Source: Alphaproteobacteria bacterium (GTDB lineage Bacteria > Pseudomonadota > Alphaproteobacteria > SP197). Taken from it: a stretch of DNA of 64,000 nucleotides. Location: positions 960,001-1,024,000 of the forward strand of contig OZ219747.1 of NCBI GenBank assembly GCA_964291265.2, given 5' to 3'. A program made the translations under genes and the position numbers. Numbering within the stretch: position 1 is the stretch's first letter; every line of letters starts with the position of its first letter. Positions 29,180 to 40,409 of the stretch are shown here, one piece after another. Below the pieces are notes generated by a model. The model was given only the letters and a program-made list of their open reading frames with translations. It had not been told where the DNA came from and ran no database searches.

Positions 29180-29782
29180 ATGAGCAAGCGGACCACCGTT
29201 GCAGGGATCGTCGCCTGCATCTCCCTGATGACGGCGCTGACCGTGGCAGCGGTGCCTCTTTACCGCCTGTTCTGTCAGGTCACCGGATTCGGCGGGACGC
29301 CCGCAACGGCGAGTGCCGCCCCCGGGTTCAGCGGGGATCCGACACTCGTCACGGTACGGTTCAATGCTGATACGGCTCGCGGACTCTTCTGGGAGTTTCG
29401 CCCGCTGCTGAAGGAAGTCCGGACACCGACGGGGGAACAGGTCACGGTCTTCTACGAGGCGTACAACCCCACGGGCAGGGAAATCAGCGGTGTGTCGACC
29501 TTCAACGTGACGCCTTTGAAGGTCGGCGAGTACTTTGCCAAGATCGATTGCTTCTGCTTCGTCGAGCAGACGCTCGGACCCGGTGAACGTGTGGCCATGC
29601 CGGTCACGTTCTTCGTCGATCCGGACATGCTGAAGGACCCGCTGACCGAGGAGGTCCGCAGCATCACGTTGTCCTATACGTTCTTTGCCAGCGACAGGAT
29701 GGCCGGGATTCCGGGCCGGCTGGCTATGCATACCATGGAGGACGGCCGCACCGCGACCGCACCGTTGCAAGGAGAGACCTGA
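29180..29782 (+). CDS. coxG: Cytochrome c oxidase assembly protein Cox11/CtaG
   Basis: VPLYRLFCQVTGFGG, KIDCFCF and ITLSYTF motifs. Confidence 0.95.
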   Translation: MSKRTTVAGIVACISLMTALTVAAVPLYRLFCQVTGFGGTPATASAAPGFSGDPTLVTVRFNADTARGLFWEFRPLLKEVRTPTGEQVTVFYEAYNPTGREISGVSTFNVTPLKVGEYFAKIDCFCFVEQTLGPGERVAMPVTFFVDPDMLKDPLTEEVRSITLSYTFFASDRMAGIPGRLAMHTMEDGRTATAPLQGET

Positions 29783-30594
29783 TGGCCGATCATTCATCCA
29801 CGCATCCCTACCATCTGGTCAATCCCAGTCCATGGCCCGCACTCGGCGCCTTTTCCGCCTTCGTGCTGGCCGCCGGGATGATCGGCATGTTCGACGACCC
29901 GGGACGATGGTGGATGATCTTTCCGGGACTGGCCCTTGCCCTGTCGACCATGTTCTTCTGGTGGCGCGACGTGGTGAGCGAGGCCGAAGTCGAGAAGGCG
30001 CACACGCCGGTGGTGCAGATCGGACTGCGCTACGGAATGGCGCTCTTCATCGCCTCCGAGGTGATGTTCTTCCTTGCCTGGTTCTGGGCCTACTTCAACG
30101 CCGCCCTCTTTCCGACCGTCCAGATGGGCGGCATATGGCCGCCGGAAGGTATTCTCACGTTCGATCCCTGGGATCTTCCCTTCATCAACACGCTGGTGCT
30201 GCTGACCTCGGGGACCACCGTCACGTGGGCTCACCATGCCCTGAGGGAAGGCAAGCGCGATCAGCTGATCGCCGGACTGTGGGTCACGGTGGTGCTCGGC
30301 ATCACCTTCACGGCCTTCCAGATCGTCGAGTATGTCGAGGCGCCATTCTCCTTCACCGGCGGGATCTATGGTTCCACCTTCTACATGGCCACCGGATTCC
30401 ACGGGTTCCACGTCATCGTCGGCACCATCTTCCTCGGCGTATGCCTGGTCAGGGCCTGCAAGGGCCACTTCACCCCGCAGCAGCACTTCGGGTTCGAGGC
30501 GGCCGCGTGGTACTGGCACTTCGTCGATGTCGTCTGGCTCTTCCTGTTCTGCTGCATCTACTGGTGGGGCGCTGGCGAAATCGCCCCGCACTGA
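29782..30594 (+). CDS. coxC: Cytochrome c oxidase subunit III
   Basis: HPYHLVNPSPWP, TGFHGFHV and WYWHFVDVVW motifs. Confidence 0.97.
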   Translation: MADHSSTHPYHLVNPSPWPALGAFSAFVLAAGMIGMFDDPGRWWMIFPGLALALSTMFFWWRDVVSEAEVEKAHTPVVQIGLRYGMALFIASEVMFFLAWFWAYFNAALFPTVQMGGIWPPEGILTFDPWDLPFINTLVLLTSGTTVTWAHHALREGKRDQLIAGLWVTVVLGITFTAFQIVEYVEAPFSFTGGIYGSTFYMATGFHGFHVIVGTIFLGVCLVRACKGHFTPQQHFGFEAAAWYWHFVDVVWLFLFCCIYWWGAGEIAPH

Positions 30595-30657
30595 AACGGC
30601 GCCGGCGGCCTCGGGTCTCAGGCATGAGCCCCGTTGTGCTGAACCGGACGGCGCCGG

Positions 30658-31380
30658 TCAGGCCATGTAGGCGCCGCCGTTGATGGCGAGAGTCGAGCCG
30701 GTGATGAAACCGGCTTCGTCGGCGGCGAGAAAGAGGACGCAACGGGCCACTTCTTCCGGCTGTGCCACCCGGCCCACGGGGATACCGGAGATGATGCGCT
30801 GCATCATCGCTTCGCTGACATGAGAGATGAGATCGGTGTCGACATAGCCCGGCGCGACGGCATTGACGGTAATCCCCTTCGAGGCATTCTCGAGGGCGAG
30901 GGCCTTGGTCAGGCCGAGCATGCCGGCCTTGGCGGCCGAATAGTTCGACAGTCCCAGCATGCCGGACTGGCCATTGATGGAGCTGATGTTGATGATCCGC
31001 CCGAACCCGCGGCTGCGCATGCCGCCGATGACCGCGCGGCACATGTGAAAACATGAATTGAGGTTGACGTCCACGACCCTCGACCAGTCCTCGTTCGCCA
31101 TCTTGTGCAGGAATCCGTCGCGCGACGTGCCTGCATTGTTGACGAGGACATCGATGCCGCCGATCTGTTCCTCGACAAGCGCCGCACCCCGCTGGCAGCC
31201 ATCGTGGTCCGAGACATCCCAGCGGAAGGATGGAATGTTCGTCCGCGAGGTGAATTCCCGGGCAGCCTCGGCATTGCCGGAATAGGTCACGGCGACCGTG
31301 TAGCCGGCGGCGGCGAGGGCTTCCGCGATGGCGGCGCCGATACCGCGGGTGCCGCCGGTGACGAGAGCGCTCCTGGTCAT
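30658..31380 (-). CDS. phaB: Acetoacetyl-CoA reductase
   Basis: SDR motifs TGGTRGIG, NNAG, ISSING and NYSAAK; downstream of the thiolase. Confidence 0.9.
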   Translation of the reverse strand: MTRSALVTGGTRGIGAAIAEALAAAGYTVAVTYSGNAEAAREFTSRTNIPSFRWDVSDHDGCQRGAALVEEQIGGIDVLVNNAGTSRDGFLHKMANEDWSRVVDVNLNSCFHMCRAVIGGMRSRGFGRIINISSINGQSGMLGLSNYSAAKAGMLGLTKALALENASKGITVNAVAPGYVDTDLISHVSEAMMQRIISGIPVGRVAQPEEVARCVLFLAADEAGFITGSTLAINGGAYMA

Positions 31381-31412
31381 GATGGCGTCACCCCCCCCCG
31401 ATCCGTCGCGCT

Positions 31413-32585
31413 TCAGCGCTCGACACACATGGCGATTCCCATGCCGCCGCCGATGCACAGGGTCGCGAGCCCCTTCCTGGCGTCGCGCCGCTGCATTTCG
31501 TGAAGCAGGGCGGTGAGCACGCGCCCTCCCGATGCCCCGATGGGATGGCCGATGGCAATGGCGCCGCCATTGACGTTGACCTTCCCGGGATCGAGTCCGA
31601 GTTCCTTGTTGACGGCACAGGCCTGGGCCGCAAAGGCCTCGTTGGCCTCCACGAGATCGAGATCGGCGATCTTCCATCCGGCCTTGTCGAGCGCCCTGCG
31701 GCTGGCCGGTATGGGGCCGCTGCCCATGATGGCGGGATCGACTCCGGCATGGGCCCAGGAGCGGATGGTTGCCATGCGACGCAGTCCGCGCCGTTCGGCC
31801 TCCGCAGCGCTCATCAGGACGACGGCGGCGGCGCCGTCGTTGATGCCGCTCGCGTTGCCGGCCGTCACCGTGCCTTCCTTCTCGAAGGCGGGGCGCAGCT
31901 TGGCGAGATGGCTGATCTCGACCCCGTGACGGATGTACTCGTCCTCGTCGACGACGGTCTCACCCTTGCGCGTGGTGATGGTGACCGGGACGATTTCGTC
32001 GGCGAACCTGCCCGCCTTCTGGGCTGCCTCGGCGCGATTCTGGCTCGTGACAGCGAACTCGTCCTGGTCTTCCCTGGTGATCTGCCAGCGGCGGGCGACG
32101 TTTTCCGCGGTGACGCCCATGTGGTAGCCGTTGAAGGCGTCCCACAGCCCGTCCCTGATCATGGTGTCGATCATGTCGGCATCGCCCATCTTGGTGCCGT
32201 TGCGCAGGTGGATGCAGTGGGGAGCCCGGCTCATGCTTTCCTGTCCGCCGGCGACGACGACACGGGCATCGCCTGCGGCGACCTGCTGGGCGCCGACGGC
32301 CACCGCACGCAGTCCCGAGCCACACAGCTGGTTGAGACTCCAGGCGGGGCTCTCGACCGGGATGCCGGCGCTGACCGAGGCCTGTCTGGCGGGGTTCTGG
32401 CCCTCTCCCGCCTGCAGGATCTGGCCCATGATGACCTCGTCGACGTCGCCCGGTTCCACTCCGGAACGTTCCAGGGCGCCCGAGATGGCGACCCGGCCGA
32501 GATCGTGGGCCTCCTGGCTGGCAAGGGCGCCGTTGAAGGAGCCGACGGGTGTTCTGGCTGCGGCAACGATCACGACATCGGTCAT
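31413..32585 (-). CDS. phaA: Acetyl-CoA acetyltransferase (beta-ketothiolase)
   Basis: CGSG, NEAF, GHPIG and CIGGG motifs. Confidence 0.95.
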   Translation of the reverse strand: MTDVVIVAAARTPVGSFNGALASQEAHDLGRVAISGALERSGVEPGDVDEVIMGQILQAGEGQNPARQASVSAGIPVESPAWSLNQLCGSGLRAVAVGAQQVAAGDARVVVAGGQESMSRAPHCIHLRNGTKMGDADMIDTMIRDGLWDAFNGYHMGVTAENVARRWQITREDQDEFAVTSQNRAEAAQKAGRFADEIVPVTITTRKGETVVDEDEYIRHGVEISHLAKLRPAFEKEGTVTAGNASGINDGAAAVVLMSAAEAERRGLRRMATIRSWAHAGVDPAIMGSGPIPASRRALDKAGWKIADLDLVEANEAFAAQACAVNKELGLDPGKVNVNGGAIAIGHPIGASGGRVLTALLHEMQRRDARKGLATLCIGGGMGIAMCVER

Positions 32586-32998
32586 GACGGGGACTCCCCT
32601 GATGGCTGACAGTCCCTTGTGCCACAGGTCCGGCGATCGAGTCGAGACACCCGACAGCGCTTCCGAAGCGGCAGCCCCCCTTGAAGACGCGCAAGGCCTT
32701 GCCCGCCGGGCACCGGTCCGTCACGTGAAACGGGAGCCCGGGCCTTGCGGGTGAGCAGGCAGGAACGTCGCCACCACCATGTCGGTTGCCGGGACGCCGG
32801 TGGGGAACACGAGTTCCTCGAGCATCCACGAGGGGCAGGGTCTGCTGCTGGCTGGCCGTGAGAGGAGTGAGGCGAAATTGAGTGTGGGATCATCCTGGGG
32901 TTCGAGGCACGTTTCTTGAGTGGCCTGCACTTTCCTGTCACGATTACCGTCGACAATGTGCATAATGCTCCTCCATCCCCAAACTAGGAGAAGACTGG

Positions 32999-33283
32999 AT
33001 GTCGAAAAGCCTGTTCGCTGTCGTGTTAACAGATGGACAAGAGGCAGGCGCTACTCGTTTACGGGAAGCCTATTCGAACGCGCAGGTCTATGAACTCGAA
33101 AACAATGTCTTCCTCGTATCCGGTGACATGCTCAGCAGTACCGTGGCGGCATCTGCTGCCTTGACGAAGGAGCAAGAGGACGAAGGCATCCGTGGAGTCG
33201 TATTCAAACTGAACGGTTCTTACACAGGTTATACACGAGCGTCACTGTGGGAATGGCTTGAGAACGTGGAGGGTGCTGAGTGA
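32999..33283 (+). CDS. Hypothetical 94-aa protein (lower GC)
   Basis: AGGAG RBS; alternating beta/alpha pattern; stop overlaps the next start (GTGA). Confidence 0.7.
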   Translation: MSKSLFAVVLTDGQEAGATRLREAYSNAQVYELENNVFLVSGDMLSSTVAASAALTKEQEDEGIRGVVFKLNGSYTGYTRASLWEWLENVEGAE

Positions 33284-33558
33284 ATACCGACGTGAAGGAG
33301 CAAGATGCACCAAGTCCTGACCGTTTCATGGCGCGCGATGTTTCGGACCTTCGGGAAACAGTCGGACGGTTCGAGGAACGGATCGACGGAATAAGGGAGA
33401 ACATGAGAGAGAACATGGTCACCAAAGCCGAACTGGCCAATAGCTGGGTCGGATGGCTGAAGTGGGCTGTTGCGCTGTTGATCCCGTTGTTGGCAGCCGC
33501 GTTAGGCGCACTTGCGATTACTTTCAGTGGAATGGTCCAAGTGGTGGTCGGTAACTAG
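33280..33558 (+). CDS. Hypothetical coiled-coil protein with C-terminal TM helix
   Basis: Heptad segment, VTKAEL, then hydrophobic WLKWAVALLIPLLAAALG. Confidence 0.7.
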   Translation: MNTDVKEQDAPSPDRFMARDVSDLRETVGRFEERIDGIRENMRENMVTKAELANSWVGWLKWAVALLIPLLAAALGALAITFSGMVQVVVGN

Positions 33559-33693
33559 TGTCATGTCAATAAAGATATGTCGTATATTTTGCGCTAGACT
33601 GTCCGTCCATTCGGGACGGAGGTCGGAGTATGAAACGACAATAGGAAAAGACGGCGGCGCTCGGGGAGACAATCAACCGAACACTGAACCCAC

Positions 33694-33732
33694 GACAACA
33701 GGACGTGACAATAGGACCTGACAACAGGGAAG
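33694..33732. repeat. Three tandem 13-bp units with core GACAA(C/T)AGG
   Basis: Units at 33694, 33707 and 33720; an additional core at 33637. Confidence 0.7.
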
Positions 33733-33779
33733 CAACACGACCCTGACAAAGCGCGGCAAATCGCCAAAATCCCGCCGTT

Positions 33780-34030
33780 CTATGCAGCCATCAACACGTG
33801 CATGTCCGTCTCCACCACGAACGAATCGCAACGACCACGAAGAGGATCGTCCACATGGCGACGATCCTTGCCACGCTTGCGCTTTCGCACCATCGCATGG
33901 CCGCTCTCCGCCATCAGTTGCGATACCTTCTCAAGCACTTCCGGCGTCAACTGACTCACGTTGTCCACCACCGTCTGATGCCCATAGCGTGTGTCGTCCC
34001 ATATGTCGGCGTGACCCAGGATCGCCATGC
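33780..34030 (-). pseudogene. Transposase fragment (ISNCY-like)
   Basis: LGH...QTVVDNVSQLTPEVL...GH...GRCDSFVVETD motif series. Confidence 0.65.
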
Positions 34031-34418
34031 CGTCAGCGACCTCGATCCGTTTGGCTACGGCGAGGCCATGGAAGAGCAGCGCATCGCAACCCTCGTCAAG
34101 ATTGCCGAGGACGCCAACGGCTTCGCCGTCCCGGGCCGGCGACAGGAACGCGTTCAGCTGCGTAAGGCCGTTCGGAAACGTTCGTCGGACAACTCCGAAG
34201 ACTGCGCGATCAGGTCGCCCGCAAAATTGTTCCGCCCGAACCCGGGATTCGCACCGAGAAGCCGTTCTCGCCGATGAGGCGGCGTGCCACCGCCACCCGC
34301 TCAAGTGTGGGATGAGCGAGGAGGGCGTGACTCGCGGTATCCAGAATCGGGCGCAACGGCGCGTATTCGGCTTCTCTGCCGAGGACCTTGATGCGACGCA
34401 CACCCGCATAGACCATGC

Positions 34419-36382
34419 CTAGACCGAAGTTCCAGCGTCGATCAAGTGCAAGTGCTTGATATAAATGGCATTCGATGGATCTCAGGGGCGTCTGACTGGG
34501 TACATCACGGCTTCACGCCCAGGAGCTTGAGTGCTCTTCTCTGGAGCGGCGTGGGCCGCGTGGTGACCTGGAAGGGTTGGGCGCCCGCAAGGCGGGGCGC
34601 CACGGTGTTGCGGGTGATGGTCGCGAGATCATCGAGGAGAGTGCGGAAGCTGTGCACCGGATCACCCCCGGGCGTCCTCTTGGTTGCCGCCTTGGCCCGG
34701 GCGCTCGCCGAGACTTCTGCCGGCGCCACGACGGACGGCCGCCGGGCCTCGGCGCCTTCGGCATCCTCGTCGTCGAACAGCATGGGCTTCAGTTTCTGGC
34801 GCATGTGCCATTCAACGTAGTAGGCGAGCATGCACAGGAAGACATGGGTGCGGACCCGGGGTTCGGTGCGGTGGTAGACGGGACGGACCTTCAGATCCAC
34901 GGTCTTCAGGCTGCGGAAGGCCCGTTCCACCGAACTCAACCGCTTGTAGGCGCGCACCGTGCCGGGACCGTCGAGCTCGCTCTGCGGCAGGCTGGTGCGG
35001 ATCACGTAGAGGCCGTCGAGCCTGGCCTCGGCGGCGATGGCAGCCTCATCGCGCCCATAGGTGAAGACACCCTCGTCGTCGATGGACCACGTGAAGTGCT
35101 TCGCCATCTTGTACTTGCCGATGACCTTGCCGACCCTCTCCCCGATCTTGTCGGCACCCTTGAGACGGCGCTTGTCGCGCCGTGTCGCTGCTGCGATCGG
35201 TTCAAGCAGGGCCTCGGTGGCCTCGAGCAGCTCCTGGCGCTTGCGGGCCCGGTCCTCGGCCAGCAGGGGGTTGCGGCAGACCATGAGGCGTTCGCCGGGA
35301 TACGCATCGCTGGTGATCTCCACCAGGTCCCTCTCGTCGAAGAGCGACATCTCGACGTCGCCGGCCTCCACAAGGGCGCGGATGGCCGGTCCCCTCAAGG
35401 CGCTGATCCAGTCCAGGCCCGCAGGCTTCACCTCCTCGCGTATGCGCGCCTCGGTCAGCATCCCCCGGTCTCCCACCAGCACCACCTTCGCCAGGGAGAA
35501 GCGCTCCTGCAGCGTGGTGATCTGTGAGGCAACCGTCCCGGGGTCCGCCGTGTTGCCGGGGAACACTTCCACCGACACTGGACAGCCGTCCCGATCGCAC
35601 AGAAGGCCGAACTCGATCTGCAGCTTGCCCTTCTTGCCATCCCGGGAATGACCCCTCCTTGCCAGGGGACACGCTCTCCCCTCCATCCATACCGAGGTCA
35701 GGTCATAGAGCACCAGGCAGCCCTCTTCGAGGCGCCGCTTCGCCAGGGACCGCTCGATCCTCTCCTGACGCTCCAGGAGCCAGTCCATGGCGCCGTGGAG
35801 GGCGTCCTCGTCCATCTCCGCATCGAGGACCTCGCCCAGGGTGCTGACCGCTGTCGTCTCGGCCAGCCCCCTGGCCGTGGCCAGCTTCGAGGCGGGCTCG
35901 AGGATGCGTGCCACGATCATGGCCAGGACCTGATCGCGCCGTGCCGAGGGCTTCGGGTCGATCAACCTGTCCAGTCCCAGCTTCTTCAGGGTTCCCAGCA
36001 CCGCGGCGACATGCCCATGGGGGAGGGAGCGGACGATGTCGAAGGCATCGTCGAGATGTCGGACTGCTGTTCCTCCCTTGAGGAGGATGCGCAATCCCTC
36101 GACGAGAGTGGGGGACCACTTGGAGAGGTTGGCGATGGTGCGCTTCTTGACCTTTCCGTTTTCGCGCCAGGACTCGCGGAGCAGGATGGCGGGCGGCGAG
36201 GAGCGGTTGGGGACGGCTTCGATGTACATGGCTACTGTACATAGGCACGGCACTGCCGTGTGTCAAGCACAAAATGCATCCGTACATGGGTACACTGTGA
36301 AGTCCGTCAAACCCGATAAACCACGCAATATCAACGACTTGACGCGACTTCCAGCTGGAAAACGTCCGGAACTTCGGCCTAG
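34419..36382 (-). mobile_element. IS1634-family insertion sequence
   Basis: Inverted ends CTAG(A/G)CCGAAGTTCC at 34419-34433 and 36368-36382, with CTAG as the probable target duplication. Confidence 0.9.
34505..36229 (-). CDS. IS1634-family DDE transposase (intact)
   Basis: LLRESWRENGKVKKRTIANLS, YDLTS, VGDRGM and YKRLSSVERAFRSLK motifs. Confidence 0.92.
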   Translation of the reverse strand: MYIEAVPNRSSPPAILLRESWRENGKVKKRTIANLSKWSPTLVEGLRILLKGGTAVRHLDDAFDIVRSLPHGHVAAVLGTLKKLGLDRLIDPKPSARRDQVLAMIVARILEPASKLATARGLAETTAVSTLGEVLDAEMDEDALHGAMDWLLERQERIERSLAKRRLEEGCLVLYDLTSVWMEGRACPLARRGHSRDGKKGKLQIEFGLLCDRDGCPVSVEVFPGNTADPGTVASQITTLQERFSLAKVVLVGDRGMLTEARIREEVKPAGLDWISALRGPAIRALVEAGDVEMSLFDERDLVEITSDAYPGERLMVCRNPLLAEDRARKRQELLEATEALLEPIAAATRRDKRRLKGADKIGERVGKVIGKYKMAKHFTWSIDDEGVFTYGRDEAAIAAEARLDGLYVIRTSLPQSELDGPGTVRAYKRLSSVERAFRSLKTVDLKVRPVYHRTEPRVRTHVFLCMLAYYVEWHMRQKLKPMLFDDEDAEGAEARRPSVVAPAEVSASARAKAATKRTPGGDPVHSFRTLLDDLATITRNTVAPRLAGAQPFQVTTRPTPLQRRALKLLGVKP

Positions 36383-36538
36383 ATCGTCGAGCGGAAACGG
36401 AGTGACGTTCTGTCCGTTGATGTCGATCAACTTGCGGGGATTGTGCTGCCGGTAGGCGTGCATGAAAGGCTCTTGCGCTGTCTGCAGCGCGGGAAGAACC
36501 GCGGCCAACCGGATGATCCAGTCTTCGGCCCCGGATTC

Positions 36539-38638
36539 CAGGGCTTTTCTTTTGTCGTCCCGGCGCTCGGCGCACGCAGGCTGATCTTTGGGGTGGACAT
36601 CCCGTTTTCGCTGTGGCAGTGTGCCGGCATGACGACGCTTGTGACCCCAGATTCCCCTATCGACCTTCACGAGGTGACGGTGCGCCCGACCCGTGGCGCA
36701 CGTGAGCACCGGCTCTGGGATCGTCTGGTCAAGGAGCATCACTACCTGCGGTTTCACGGCATCATCGGCAAGGGCCTGCGCCATGTCGCCCTGCACGGCG
36801 AGACCTGGGTGGCGCTGGTTGGCTGGCAGCCGGGCTCGTTCAAGCTTGCTGCACGCGACCGCTGGATTGGCTGGACTGCGGAGCAGCAGTTCCGCCGCCT
36901 GCATCTGATCGCGAACAATTCCCGGTTCGTCATTCTTGGCCCGAGAGGGGTGCCGAACCTGGCGTCCCGTGTGCTCGGCCTGAGCCTTCGGCGGCTGTCC
37001 GCCGACATCGAGGCGGCGCACGGATATCCGGTGCTCCTCGCGGAGACGTTCGTCGACATCAAGCGCTTCGCCGGAACCTGCTATCGCGCGGCGAACTGGC
37101 GCTCGCTGGGATTGACGCGCGGCTTCGGTCGCAAGCCCGGCGGCACCGCACGCTTCCGTCACCACGGCCAGCCCAAGGAGATCTTCATGTACGAACTGAC
37201 CGACGACGCCGCCGAGGCGCTGAGCCGGGACGCGATCCCGGAGAGCTGGAACGCGGAGCAGCACGACCAAGCCGGACCGATGGCCGCGTCCGGGCTGCGC
37301 AGTCTGTTCGCCTGCCTGGGCGAGGTGCCCGAGTGCCGCAAGCCCCGGGGCAAGCGCTATCCGCTGAGAACCATTCTCGCGATCGCCGTCGCAGCCCGGC
37401 TCGCCGGCTACCGCGGCGTGAGCGCATTCGCTCAGTTCGCCGCCCTGCTCACCCAGGAACAGCTGGCGGCGGTGGGTGCGTTCTACAGCCCGTCGAAGAA
37501 GCGCTACACGGCGCCCACGTCCACAACCTTCCACACCATTCTCGCCAACCTGCCGCCCGAGACCCTGGACCACGCCATCGGCCTGTGGACGGCCCAGCAG
37601 GCCGGTGCAGACACACCGCTCGCCATGGACGGCAAGGACATCCGCGGCGCCTCCAGGCAGACCAAAAACGGGCGGCGGATGATGGTCGCAGCGGTCGAGC
37701 ACGGAACCGGCATGGTCCTCGGCCAGGTCGAGGTCGACGCGAAGAGCAACGAGATCCCCGCCGTGCGGGACCTCGCCAGCAGCATCGACGTCATATAAGG
37801 CCGCATCGTCACCCTGGACGCGATGCACGCTCAGCACGAGACCGCACGACGGCTTCTCGAACGCCGCGCCGACTATGTCATCACGGCGATCAAGGATAAC
37901 CAGGAGACCATGCTCGACGACCTCAAGGCCATCGACTTCAAGGGCGCGGCTTCGTTCGAGACACTCGACAAGAGGCACGGACGCATCGAGCGCCGCCGCT
38001 GTGCCGTGGTCGACATCTCCGGCGCCAAGTGGGACGGCTACGCCGCTCTCCACGGTCGCCACCAAGCCATCCGCATCGAGCGCGAACGCGAGATCTGCAA
38101 GACCAAAGAACGCAGTGTCGAGACCACCTGGTGCCTCACCTCGCTCGCTCCCGAACGCGCCGGACCCGAGATGCTTCTGGCCCTCGTGCGCGACCACTGG
38201 GTCATCGAAAATCGACTCCACTACGTACGCGACTTCACCTACGACGAGGACCGCTGCAGGGTCCATGTGCGCCATCTGCCACGCAACCTCTCCTGCCTGA
38301 CAAACGCCGCCATCGCCATCGTGCGCTGCGGCGGACATTTCGACTATATGCCCGAAGCCAACCGGCACGACGCCGCTCGCGCCCAGGACGCACTCGACGC
38401 TATCCTCATCCCGCCCGGCGGATGAACCTTCGCTCCTGACCCCGCGCCACAAGCCGGGAACGCGCCGCCTGACGGCGCAACAGGACAGCTCTGTTCGCAC
38501 ACTCGAAAAAACGTGCCTGGTGAGCCCTGATGCACCAGCAGTGCCCACTGAAACCAGCCCACAGTGAACCCGGGCGCCTCAACCATGCCGGTCCCTGTCA
38601 CATCAACAATCCACAGGACTGACAAAAGAATGGTCCTG
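36539..38638 (+). mobile_element. ISAs1-family element with DUF4338-fused transposase
   Basis: Left end CAGGGCTTTTCTTTTGTC, right end GACAAAAGAATGGTCCTG; perfect 10-bp target duplication CCCCGGATTC at 36529-36538 and 38639-38648. Confidence 0.9.
36629..38425 (+). pseudogene. DUF4338 (DruA-like) + ISAs1 DDE transposase with an internal stop
   Basis: HHYL, RDRWIGW, ETFVD and GTCYRAANW, then DGK, KSNEIPA, DAMH, KDNQ and HWVIENRLHYVRD. In-frame TAA at 37796-37798. Confidence 0.88.
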
Positions 38639-38756
38639 CCCCGGATTCCACCATTCCAGGGGACGCCTCCGCCTCCCGCAAGAAGCAAGGGCCACTCCGG
38701 CGAGCGGCCCTTGAGCCGACAGCACGCTGCCAGCGGGTAACTGGGTACAATCTAGC

Positions 38757-39030
38757 TCCGCCCGCGCCGCCCTTCAAGAGGTTTCCGAATACCGCGAACA
38801 GCCAATTCTCATGCGGTCTCTGTCCTGCCGCCCACCGCGGCCGGACGAGGGGCGCCTGATGGACCCGGCAAGGCAATGGGCAGGGTAACGAGGAGCGCGG
38901 TGGTTGTACGCCCGGAGAATCGCGTCTTCGAGACAGCCGCCGCACACAGCGACCCAGGAACAATGGCCATGACGCTCGACACCGAAGCGACGCGGAGCGA
39001 CAGGCCGGGCGCCCGTCAGACACTGGAATG
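38757..39030. repeat. Diverged ~270-bp direct repeat, copy 1 (possible IS end or MITE remnant)
   Basis: Colinear with 43115-43385 (CCGCCCTTCAAGA, ATGGACCCGGCAAGGC, ACAATGGCCATGACG). Confidence 0.75.
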
Positions 39031-39779
39031 GGCTGCTGGTCCGGGGTGGTTGTCCCTCGACCGACTTGCGGGAAGTCGGCCGAGGGGCCTGTCTCCGGGA
39101 GGATGAGTTCACCGGAAACGAGTCATTGTCGCATGTTTCCTTCCCGGGTCCCATGCATTCCCGGGTCCATGTCTGGACTTTTTTGAGAGGACTGATGCGG
39201 CGTGAGCGCTGCCGGCATGGCGGCGGTCGCCTCCACGGCGCGCTATCCAGACGCAGGCTGCACCCGAATGCGCCTGCCCTTCGCGGCGACATCCGCCGCT
39301 TCCGCTTCTGCTGCCCTCGATGCGTTTCTTCGGCCGGAGGTTTCGAGTGGCTCCTGTGTCCCTGGCTGCGAGCCTCCTGGTTCTGCGCGGCAGCGCTCCC
39401 CTGGCGGCGGGCCGCATGCTTGGCAACCCGGATGCTTGGGCGCGTGGCGCTGGAGGCGTGGCGATCCGGCGGTGGAGCCGGGCGAGCCGCCGCTTGTGGA
39501 CCCGGTGCGCTTGATGCAAGGCGGGCCGCCGCGGTCGCGCTAGGCCTGGCTCATGCCGTGGACCGGATCCCGCAGGATTGTTGATGGCCGCAGGGGGTGG
39601 GGGATGACCGTTCAGGGACCTTCCTCCCGCGGAACGGACACGGAGGAAGGACGTCGTGGCAACGCGGAACGAAGCGGACGTCTGGGCGCGGCTGCCGCTT
39701 CGCGGTGGTCGGTCCGCTGCGTGAAGGGGCGGCTGCGGGTCGAACTTGAACGGCTGTCGCGGCCGGACTGGGTGTCCCG

Positions 39780-40409
39780 TCAATCGTCGGCCGGATCGAA
39801 TCCGGCAAGGATCGCCATTCGCACCAGGTGAGACAGGCTTTGCGCGCTCATCTTCATCATGACGTTCTTGCGATAGACTTCGATCGTGCGATGGCTGATG
39901 CCCAGGCGACGGGCCGCCACCTTGTTGGGCCGACCGACAACCAACTGCCCGAGCACGTCCCGTTCGCGCGTCGTCAGGCGGTCTATCCGCGCCGCGATCT
40001 CGGACTTCATTTCCTCGTTGCGGCGAACATTCCTGCGAACCTCGATCGCCCGCGCGACGCTGCCGAGCAGGCGGTCCCGGCCGACCGGCTTCTCGATGAA
40101 ATCAACAGCGCCGGCATTCATCGCCTGGACCGCCATCGCCACATCGCCATGTCCCGTGACAAGGATTACGGGAAGCAACGCGCCCAAGGCGTTCAGGCGC
40201 CGCTGGACCTCCAGCCCGTCCATTTCAGGCATCTTGATGTCAAGCACGACGCAGACACCCGGGACCGACCCCAGAGAATCGAGAAAAGCCGCGCCCGATG
40301 CGAACGCCGCTGTTCGATAGCCAGCGGTTCCAAGCAATGCCTGGAGGGACTCGCGGGCGGCGGCATCGTCCTCAACGATGAAGACCAGCTCGCCTCGCAT
40401 GTCAGCCAT
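39780..40409 (-). CDS. fixJ: FixJ-like response regulator
   Basis: LDIKMP, TGHGDV, GAVDFIEKP and LuxR-type HTH (LGISHRTIEVYR); adjacent to the fixL remnant. Confidence 0.85.
   Translation of the reverse strand: MADMRGELVFIVEDDAAARESLQALLGTAGYRTAAFASGAAFLDSLGSVPGVCVVLDIKMPEMDGLEVQRRLNALGALLPVILVTGHGDVAMAVQAMNAGAVDFIEKPVGRDRLLGSVARAIEVRRNVRRNEEMKSEIAARIDRLTTRERDVLGQLVVGRPNKVAARRLGISHRTIEVYRKNVMMKMSAQSLSHLVRMAILAGFDPADD

Noticed and set aside
13266-33732. Short repeats at 13266 and 33694 as CRISPR arrays
   Set aside because: No spacers, units too short, and no cas operon.
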